Positions 54,059 through 64,000 of a stretch of 64,000 bases of DNA are shown piece by piece. The DNA is taken from positions 7,130,001 through 7,194,000 of the forward strand of contig CM120647.1 in NCBI GenBank assembly GCA_051362555.1. The letters are read 5' to 3'. This DNA is from Lingula anatina. Its lineage: Eukaryota > Animalia > Brachiopoda. The notes beneath the pieces are model-generated. The model was not told the origin of the DNA. It saw only the letters and a list, made by a program, of their open reading frames with translations, and did no database searches. Position numbers and translations under genes: made by a program. Positions within the stretch are counted from its first letter, which is position 1; every line of letters starts with the position of its first letter.

Positions 54059-57000
54059 GATTTATTCTTTGTTGTTTAAGGCCTCTGGCCAACAATACAA
54101 TCTGCATAAAAACAGAAGACATATACAATCAAGGCGTTACATACAGAAATAAATTATGTGTACACCATACATATACAAGTATTTCATTTACATATTCGAA
54201 CGGTTAACAATGTTATCTACAATATCAATTCGTAGTGCAAAGGCGTTCAATAAAAATCTAGTCAGTGAGAAAATACTATTTTCGTTCTCGTCAGACATTA
54301 AAGTTGTAAACAAATATTTATTTGGAAAGCGGGTTGTCCATTCAGTTCTAGAGTATTTCAATCTGAATTCGTCGTATAAGGGACATAAAAGTAAAACATG
54401 CATTTTGTCTTCTCCTGTGTGAATGCCTAGTTCGAGACATAGAAGGCAAAATCTTTGATCTCTGTCGATTTTTGTATAACGGCCTCTTTCGATCATGAGC
54501 TCATGAGCAACGAAAGTTTGAAATAATTTTTCTTCGCTTGTAGTTGTAGGTTAAAGGCAGTGAAAGGTATCGTTCAGGATTTAAAGCACTTTTGTAGAGT
54601 TTATTACTGATGCATTTTGGCGATACATTAATATCGGTAAATACAGTTTGTTGTGCACAGTCTGTTATTCTAGTTCTAAATAAACTTAAGAACGCCTCTG
54701 CATCCCCGATATCGTTCGCTATCCAGGCGTATCCAAAACCATAATAAGTTTTAATGCAAGTCGCCAAGGATGATCTTCCTTCAGAGTTTAAATTATGCGT
54801 AACATAATATAACATTGCTTGGGGTACATTTCTGCTGCTGGTTAACATTTTGACCCAGTATTTAATACATTTAGTCATATATGACACATAAAGAGGGAGT
54901 CTACCACATTCGCTCAATGCTAGAACATTTGTCACATTTTGATTTAAGCAGGCCACTCTTTTGCAAAAATGGACATGAATTTGTTCAACTTTTGCGCACT
55001 GTTGAAATCCCCATATTTCTGCTGCATATATTAAAATCGGTTTCACAGTTGCATCGAACAGTTTAAAAGCTTCTTGATAATTAAAATATCAAAAATATTT
55101 TTGACAACGGAATATTGCGTTAGATGCCTTTATCGTTTGTAATGACAAGTGTTCCTGCGTTCTAGACCAAGCTAATCGAGGAGTAAATAAGACTCCTAAA
55201 TATTTATAACTGGATACGACCTCAATTCTATTTCCTTTACGTGTCCATTTTACATGTCTATTTTAATACGACACCTCTCCTGAATGCCATTATTTTGGAT
55301 TTGTCTAGATATAATTTCATACCTGTTTCATCACAACAATCGCTCACTGAATTAATTTGTCTTTATAGCTTAATAACAGTTTCCGCAATAGCTGAGACGT
55401 CACCCGCAAACATTAAGGCATGCAATTCTGTAAAGTCTGCAGTAATAAAGATTTCATTACCACATTAAAGCTTCATGTATTCGACCAGATCATTCACAAA
55501 TAGAGAGCAGATAATCGTAGAGCTCACACGTCCTTGTTTGGTTTCAATTTCGCATGGAAAAATGAAGTAAGACAATTTTGTATTTTTATACACGATTTGA
55601 GTTGGTTATAAATCGTTTTAAAAACTAATAGTAGATTACTGTTTTCTGGAATTTCTTTACGCTGCAGGCTTTTCCTGAGTTGTTCATGGACACAATTATC
55701 ATAAGCTTTTAAAAAATCTATGTAAAAACATAAAGTCGACCTTTCTGTCTTGACAAATATTTTTGGATAACTGCTTGAAGGCTAATGATATTATCTGTTG
55801 ACGAATACCCCTTGCGAAATCCAGCTTGAGATTCGTCACTCACACCATTTTCCTCGGCCCATGAGGTCACGATTTTCATAAATAACTTACTAAGACTGTT
55901 CACTACATAAATAGCCCTGTAATTATAAGGGTCTAGTTTAGCTCCTATTTTGTGAATTGGTGAGATTAGGCTTACGCACCAGTCTTGAGGGACGTTACCT
56001 TTTGATAACACTTTGTTAAATAACATTTTTAAATTAGGTAATGTTTTGTTTATAGTTCGCTTGTACATTTCTATACATGTACCATCAATACCCGCTGCTT
56101 TTCCGTTATTAAGTGATTTAACACTTTGAATAATTTCATCTTCCATTATATCCCTGTCTAGTATAGTTGAGTCTCTAACATAATTCATATCTCTGAAAAT
56201 ATTTACTTTTGTATCGTCATTAGCAGTAGTATGTTCTTTCATAGCATACAATGCCTTAAAATAGCTAAGTCATTTTCCTCCTTTACTGACGCTTTGGGAT
56301 TGTTTACTGGCATTTTTATACACGCCCAGAATGTAGTTGCGTTGTTACGACAATCAATAAGCTCTAACCGTCCTTTCAAATTGTGCTTTCTTATCTCTGC
56401 ATATATTTCGTAACATATGTTTAGAGTCTAAATACTCACTCAGATCTGACTGTGAGCTTGTTTTCCTAAATTATCTTAACTTTTTATATTTATCTTGTTT
56501 AGCAATTGCACATTGTTCATCTAATCCCACCATTCTGGTAGCGTAGTTTTCTTCTTGTTGACATTTCGTGTGCGTTTCATACATTCGCCTGCTGTTTGAT
56601 ACAGAGTAATGAAATCCTTCTGCGTGTCTATAATATTCTCGTCCGTCACGTAAACAAGTCATTAAATTTGCTCAAAAAAGCGTCTTTATGTTTTATTCCA
56701 TTTATATGGTTGATGTTTAGATAGCGCGCATTCATTATTGTTAATATTTTGTCTAGCCGATTTATCGTAATAAAGTTGGAGCTCGCATGAGATTGGGAAA
56801 TGATCAGATATATCAAGACCACCGGCACTGAAATCCTGTATGGAGGGAAAGAGTTCTGTTGAACACAAAATATAGTCTACTGTACTCCTTCCGTTATTTG
56901 CGGTTAAAATTACCCTCAATGTCACTAAACCTATCGTTTAGCAAATGGATATCTTTAGTGCAGCTTAACTCTATCAATGACAAACCGAAATTGTAAGTTC

Positions 57001-57391
57001 CGTGTAAGTTCCGTGTCACGGTTATTCTGTGGTAAAGAGAATGTGTCACTGGGGTAGTCCGTATTGCCATTAAATATAAATTCAACAGTGTCATCTGGAA
57101 TATAGTCTAATAGGTCTTTGACTCGCGCATTTAAGTGACCTGCAATAACAAATGATACACGTGGTCCGAAGTCCAGGTCTAATAACGCGAGATTTTCATT
57201 TGACAATTCAATTCCGTTGCTATTCTGATCATCGTATATGGTCGATCTCTATGGTGCTATGTAGGTAAAGACCAATATTAGACTGCGTGTTACATAAACG
57301 TTTATCAACCAAAAATATAACACTCTCTTGGAATTCTTTGTGGACGCGAGTAATAAGATTATTGTCGACCAGCCAGTTTTTAACAATGAGT

Positions 57392-57454
<63 letters not shown>

Positions 57455-57922
57455 ACTAGACCAGATCCCAATGGGTCTTTGCGTTGTTAAAACCATAATA
57501 ACCCAATGGGTTAATTTACCAAGTAATGTGCAGGTTAACTGCCAGCTCTTTTGTATGTCAAATGTAATTATATTGTATTCATTTTATGTGGTTTCTACAA
57601 ATAACATCTGAAAGTTGAAAGTTGTGCAATTTAGCTCGAATAAAACATTTGGTGAAGGAATGTTAATTGTAATTGGGGGGGGGGGTCCAAGGAAAAATAT
57701 TTTTCATTTATATAAATTAAACTAAAACATGTACGTTTCCCAAGAGTAAACTGGTTATTTCATTACATAAAAAGCGGATTTATTGGAGTGAAAAAAATGA
57801 AACTAAGTATTTTTTTTTACTTACATCTTAACCATAGCAGTGTGGAACATTCATAAATTGGCATTTGTTAGGACCTTATACATTTTGATAAAAATGTAGG
57901 AAAGGATCAGATTAGTATCAAG

Positions 57923-57970
<48 letters not shown>

Positions 57971-59971
57971 CCGAAAACAACTATACAAACCTGCACAATT
58001 CATGTTGGTCTTTTCACAGTAATTATTACTGGGTTCAATTAGTTTTAGGTATCCAAATAACTTCCCCTTCAAGGTGCTCTATTACTCAATGATGTGCCTG
58101 CAAATATAAAATGTAGCTATTGGCTGGCAGATAATTCAAATTTTGTTTTGTACAATTTATTATTTCTTAATAAAATGATCAAATATTTGACTACGCTGCA
58201 TACAATGTAAGTGGATCGGCTTTTCCTAAGAGTTCACCTTTATTAAAATATTCCTATATGCTATGTGTTAATAAGTACATAGAAAAATGCTTTTTCTTTG
58301 TATATTGATACAATAGCCCCTAAAAAGCATTGTCACCTGATACTTTTTAAACTAAATTCCATTTACAAGACCTGTAGGTTTAATATGATACTGGGGTATA
58401 CCTACATCTATGACATCTACAGTTTAATGACACGTTTCACTCGCCATGCAAACAAAGTGCTGGCTTAACATGTACATTATGCTGTTAATAATTAAAAGAC
58501 CCAGTGTATTATATTGACAATTGTGCTTATTCATCAAAATGCAAATGTTTATTGAATCTTTAATTTCTATAGAAAATGGTGATGTATAGTTTTCAGTTTT
58601 TTAGTTCAGATGATATACCCTCAATTCAAGATAGATATGAAGGAAGCATATAACATATTGCGACAACTACATATATTTACAAATCAATTTAATTTGATTA
58701 TCATTTTTTCTGATCCAGGTAAATACTGGCTATATAAGGTTAACTGTGGAGGAACAGAATCCGATATAACCCAATGCACCCATGCTGGAGTTGGCGCCAT
58801 TAATTCCGACTACTGTCGGCAAAATAACTATGACGACGCCGGGGTAATATGCCATGGAGGTGAGGCGCGCGCGCACACACACACGTATACGGATTATATA
58901 TATAGTCATGTGGCGGATATAAAGGGGGAGGGGGGTCATGGGGGTTCTGACCCCCCTCTTAATCCGCCACATGACATGCCCCCCCCCCCCTCTTCGGTTT
59001 CTGAAACATATATCAAACCAATATTCCCCTCTTGTATTAGAATATTGACTAGCTGAATCATCCTTCTAAACCGTACCAAAATCACTATCTGCCCTGCAAA
59101 ATACCAAAAATTTGTCGGGCCCCTAAGCAGGACCCGAATCCCACTTCAAGGTGGCTTCACATCCGAAGCAGGGCGTTCTGGACTGCTCTCTTTTGAGTAT
59201 TTATCTTGGATACGGCAATCGTTTTAAAAATCAACACTGTGTTCCTTCCAAAACTTTCAATATTATGAGTAAGGAAAGTAAAATGAAAACATATACATAC
59301 ATAAAGCATGTTTTTATTCACCTAAAATGTCTAGTGCATATGCACATAATGATCAGAAAGTCAGTTGACACAGCACATGAGATTGTCATAATATGTGCCT
59401 GAAGCTTGGTGTGGCGCCTCTTAGTCACGTGGGTTTGAAGGGCGGGTTTTGCTGTGTGTGATGCGCCATGTCAGGTGATGGATATGATGTAACGCTTAGT
59501 ATCCACATGAAGCTGCTTGTTTTATTCATGGTTTATCAAATTACGTTGAATCACAACAAGTTAACGTAAGTCGTTCAAACTTGATATGATAATTTCATGC
59601 ACATGATGCAATTTAAAGAATAAATATTTGATTCGAATGTTTTCATTTATGTTTTCAGCCGGTGATGGTGCCTTGCGTCTTATTAACTCATCAAATGCGT
59701 ACGAAGGCCGCTTGGAGATCTTCTATTCTGGGAGATGGGGGAGGGTTTGTGACAACGGCTGGGACCAGACTAGCGCTGACGTGGCGTGTAAACAGCTTGG
59801 TTTCACAGGAGTCCACACATATATTACTGGTTGGACACCTAGGGGGACTGGTGAGTGTACAGATTGTATACCTTAAATTAAAGTTTAATCGTAAATATTT
59901 CGATATCCTTTTATTTTTAAGACCATAATTTTAAAACGATAGGCATTTACATGAATATTTAGCATTTAAAA

Positions 59972-60045
<74 letters not shown>

Positions 60046-62340
60046 CTTTAATCTTGACCTATTATAAATCTTAAATCTTGACCTATTATATTTGAACAGT
60101 TGTTTGTAACTTGTATGGGTAACAAAATATTTTACCAATCTAAGTATGTACATGTGTTATTGCTTACTATATATCGTCATTTTGGTAATTGTGAGTTCAA
60201 TGCATGCAGAGATGTTGATCAATCAAGCATGTATTTATTAGAGTATAAATAGCGAAAAGCAGTCAAACACGGCGTTTTGATAGTGGCGAATGAAACTAAG
60301 CTTGTTATTCCATCTAACAAGCCGTTACTTTATTTAATACCTTGTTTTGCAGACTTAAGTCAAAGCAAATGGTATTTTACAAGTATTCTTTTTAAACACC
60401 AGGTGAATTCTGGATGCAGAATTTGAATTGCCAGGGATCTGAGTCGACCCTGGCAGATTGCTCCCATGACGGCATTGGAAAAACAAGCTCAACTTATTGT
60501 ACCCAGTCTTCGTCAGATGATGCCGGCGTACTGTGTAAAGGACGTGAGTACATGATTCAAATGTTCACCTGTGTATATCACACTGTATTTGTGAGGATTA
60601 ATTAATTTATCTATTTATTAATTTATTATTATTATATTTTTCTTTTTTTTTTTTTGCATACAAAATGATCAAAAAAGTACCATCGTGACAAAAATGCTAG
60701 TCTGATAGGAACCGTAGGCGTCCCATATATAATAACCCCCATACTACAACTAACCTAACCTGCAGTAATCACATGAGACCCCTGGCGTTCATTTCAAGAA
60801 CTACTTTCCCTGTAACACGGCAATGCTTCGTGCAGTGTTGTTTTTACTCATTAATTTCTTCTGCTTCCCAATAGCCAACGACGGAGAAATCAGATTGATC
60901 GGCCCCTCCCAATATTTTGGTCGCGTTGAGATATTCTACGCAGGTGACTGGGGAAGAGTGTGCAAAAACGGTTGGTCATTGAATGACGCCATAGTGGCCT
61001 GTAGACAGCTTGGCTTCAGCGGGGCGCTGAATTACTGGACAAACTGGACACCTCGAGGGACCTCGAGGGTGGTTCTAGGTACAGTCTACTGTTTGTCCGT
61101 ATGCATGTTCTTCCGTATACATGTATATGCTCGTTCATATGAATGTGTCTGTGTTTCAATAGGCCAATCTGCCTGTGTGACTGTCTGTATTAATGGCTGT
61201 CTGCCTTTCTGGGTGTCTGTCTGTCTGATCGTGTCTGCACATGTCTGTCTGTGTGTCTGTATATTTGTTTGTATGTCTGTCTGCCTTTCCTCCTGAGTTT
61301 GCTTCACTGCCTTTTTTATGGATTTTTTTAAAAAATCTAAACAAACTGTAAATGTTTTATTTGTGGTCAGGGGAGTTATTCGCCAAGGTTTGTTACTCAT
61401 ATTTTATTATTTTTTTCGCGAATGGTCAGTTTTGTATGAAAGTTACAGAAATTTCTGGAATACAATTTCCGCCAATGTAACATAGTAAGGAACGTTAAAC
61501 TTATACGGTATTATAATAGTGCACAAATAAATAGAGTGTTGTTAATTTGCCGTGTGCTTTGTGAAATTTAATACATTCGAAAACCAAAAAGTTCGGAAGC
61601 ATTGTTCTTTTAAACAATTATAAAATAGTTATGTAAGCTAAGGTAAAAAGGTAAGCCACATATTGTTGAACAGTGCACCAAAAATTCCTTTCTTTTTGAA
61701 AATTTTGCAAGCAAAGTGTTATATGGGAATCTCAGCGACATTCATGGCATGGATTCGAGGTTTAATTTCATTTAAACAGTCATGAAAATGGAGTGACAAA
61801 CTTTGAACAAGATGTTTTCCTTTCTCCAACTTTGTCATTCCATTTCCATGTTTTTTTTACCCCACATTTACAAATATCCCTGTAATTCCCACATTATTTT
61901 TCCCTTGAAAAAAGGGCATTGTTTGTGCATTATCCATTATTGGGTTTAAATGATTCTGTTATCTCATATGGTATTGGTTATGTTACAATTATTCAAAATA
62001 GCGATGTTTTTGGTCGAATATAATGAAAAGCAATGTAAAATTTTGATTAAATGTGATTTTGCAGTTAAACGGCAAATAACACTTTTTAATTCAAATGTAT
62101 GTTTTTGGAATGTTCTTATGATTCTCATCAAAACTAATAATGATTTATGTAAGTAGCCCTGGGACACAGGTTTAACGTGATTTTTGAGATATAAATTACA
62201 CTGAAAAATTTCAGACAAATTAAACTGTGCCGGTACAGAAAGTCGACTGGATGCCTGCACTCATGGATGGATAGGATACCCAAGTTCATCGTCCTGCTCG
62301 AAAAACTCGGCCGTGGACGCTGGAGTTGCCTGTGAAGCGC
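38167..62340 (+). CDS. Gene C (5' part; continues past the window): signal peptide - SRCR x4 or more
   Basis: Exons 38167-38239, 51980-52138, 53133-53300, 53809-54000, 58719-58859, 59659-59850, 60403-60543, 60875-61078, 62215-62340. They are colinear with gene B exons 1-9 and almost identical in length. Confidence 0.87.
40549..42170 (+). mobile_element. Decayed Ty3/Gypsy gag-protease region
   Basis: gag-like [14 protein letters not shown] and [29 protein letters not shown]; zinc-knuckle remnants (CQGCG..H, CGKIGH); protease-like [10 protein letters not shown]; many stops and frameshifts. Confidence 0.75.
42874..43560 (-). mobile_element. PIF/Harbinger non-autonomous element
   Basis: CAG|GGGCCGGTTTCACAAAGCAGTAGTTAGTTAG ... 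CTAACTAACTACTGCTTTGTGAAACCGGCCC|CTG; HARBI1-like N-terminus [31 protein letters not shown]. Confidence 0.85.
45925..47240 (-). mobile_element. Tc1/mariner element, internally deleted
   Basis: Perfect 27-bp TIRs CACTGATGCTCATAAGTTAAGCAACAC with TA TSD; transposase remnants ([27 protein letters not shown]). Confidence 0.9.
49188..49676. mobile_element. MITE with CAGGGCCGTAGCCT TIRs inside the LTR-like element
   Basis: cagggccgtagcct / aggctacggccctg; G/C-run subtermini. Confidence 0.65.
50015..50300. repeat. 100-bp-period tandem repeat (~2.8 copies)
   Basis: aatgacgtggtca recurs at 50061, 50161 and 50261. Confidence 0.85.
51980..53300 (+). CDS. Gene C SRCR1 (exons 51980-52138 and 53133-53300)
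   Basis: Paralogous to B SRCR1, same exon sizes (159/168). Confidence 0.9.
53809..58859 (+). CDS. Gene C SRCR2 (exons 53809-54000 and 58719-58859)
   Basis: Paralogous to B SRCR2; the intron is expanded by a LINE insertion. Confidence 0.87.
54059..57924 (-). mobile_element. Near full-length degenerate LINE (APE endonuclease, RT, C-terminal Zn finger; RTEX/CR1-group-like)
   Basis: Minus-strand ORFs: [15 protein letters not shown] (endonuclease), [21 protein letters not shown] (RT), [21 protein letters not shown]; 3' end AATAAA plus (TA)n; 5' boundary approximate. Confidence 0.85.
59659..60543 (+). CDS. Gene C SRCR3 (exons 59659-59850 and 60403-60543)
   Basis: Paralogous to B SRCR3 (192/141 nt). 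Confidence 0.9.
60875..62340 (+). CDS. Gene C SRCR4 (exons 60875-61078 and 62215-62340)
   Basis: Paralogous to B SRCR4 (204/126 nt). Confidence 0.9.
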
Positions 62341-64000
62341 GTGAGCATAAGAGCGCATTCAGAACAGCGGACTAACAGATCTGCAGATTAAATATGGCCG
62401 GCCTACTTGAATGCTTGTTGCCTTATCCTGGCAGGGTATCTATTTAGCGTCTAATCGGGAATTAAGCGGCATATTTGATCCGCATATCTGTTGGTCCTGG
62501 GATGCCCTTGGAGCCCTGAACGGGTTTCAGGATTTTGCTTAAGGCCCTAGCTGCCACACTATAGCGTATAACTATAAGGCTCTGTCACACTATAGCGTTC
62601 AGAGGTCCGCACGAGTAAATCGTGTCCAACAGTACTGTAAATTGTGTTATTCCCACATTGTTCAACGTAAGAAATCGGCCATTATCCAGCATATCGAAAA
62701 TAACGTAGAAGCAGTGCACAGATAGCGTATTGATAGTTTTTAACACCATATATCTTGTGTTTGCATGACGTATATCAACGTAACTGTAGCGTATATCAAG
62801 CAGCGGATGAGTACCGTATACCAGCGTTTATTTGGTTTATATATCAGTCATTCTTTGCTAGTGGTGCACTGCGGGGAAACCATAACAGGAATGTAATTTA
62901 AATTTAGATAGCCGACCAAATTCTCATGACATCGTTGTGTATGTTTCAATAACAAATCAAAGAAGCTGCATGAGCAAGGAGGATGTTGTTATAAAAGCAA
63001 AAAAAGAGAAAAAGCAGAAAATATATCGAAATTACCCTCAAAATGGCGTCCTTTTTTGTGGAATTTCGACCCTACCTCTATTTAGGAACAGTTTGTTTAG
63101 GGTTTGAATGAATTATTGAAGCAGGGAATACACCTACTGCAAGAAGATATAATAAACAGAATGTGCAAATGGTTATTTCAATAAAAATTTATTTGAAGTC
63201 ACTGAAAAATGATCACAAAATTAGCTTAACTTACGATACATGCGGTGTCCCACCCCGATGAAAATTTCATCTAATCCTATCTTTCCGTATTAAAACTGTT
63301 CAATCGTCCAAAGTAGTATGTCGGTTAGTTTGTGTCACGAAATCCATGATAATATCAGTTTTCTTAAGAATTTCACATTTATTGCTCAGCAAGGTCGATT
63401 TTTCTTCACCGCGTACCAATGTAACGTTCGCAACGCTGAAACTTCAGAGATCGATTCTTATCAGACGACTTTAAAATGCCGCGTGAAAATTATACATCGA
63501 TAGCGATCTTCTTCCATACTCACTAACTGATGACGTCTTACACACGAATGGCTTCTTTTGCACACTAAAAAAAACAGCTCAAACTGGCGGGTGGCCCATT
63601 CTGATAACATGTCACGCAATGACGCTGTCGAGATAGGATGCAGGGCACAGGTGTAATTCCCTCGATTTAACCGTCACAGGATTGTTTATTGGGATCTTCT
63701 TTGTATGAAGGTGAGAAATAATGAGTTTCGTTTCATTTTTCTTCAATTGTTTCAACATATTTGTGTACCGATTGATTTTTACCATTCTATAAGTAGGGTG
63801 ACTTCGTCTGAACTTTCGTTTTGCGTCTGTGTCACATGGGGGACTAAAGGTCGGGGTCTGCCATATAGATAAACGTCCCAATAAAATATTCGCCCCGATA
63901 GATACGTCTCTATACATACACGTCTCAATAGATTTACGTCTCGTTAAATTTACGTTCCGATAGATCCACCAACAGATTCCTATAAACCCACGTATCTTTA

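Overview
AT-rich eukaryotic (invertebrate metazoan; an echinoderm or other marine invertebrate is an inference) genomic DNA carrying a head-to-tail tandem array of three paralogous multi-exon genes on the + strand. I assembled them by hand from GT-AG splice sites and reading phases. Their shared architecture is signal peptide - several 6-Cys (group A) SRCR domains, each split over two phase-1 exons - Thr/Pro-rich mucin stalk - 12-Cys Ly6/uPAR (three-finger) domain - C-terminal GPI-type hydrophobic tail. Gene A (~1953-15469) has 3 SRCR domains and a duplicated, damaged first exon. Gene B (19121-32470) has 5 SRCR domains and is complete (~734 aa). Gene C (38167 to beyond the window) shows 4 SRCR domains. 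Introns and intergenic DNA are full of mostly decayed and often nested transposons (Tc1/mariner, hAT-like, PIF/Harbinger, Kolobok-like, CACTA/EnSpm-like MITEs, Gypsy gag-pro remnant and a solo-LTR-like element, LINE fragments) and (AT)n microsatellites. The main candidate novel system is this diversifying SRCR-mucin-Ly6-GPI surface-receptor cluster. TE family names and functions rest on motif recognition without database searches.
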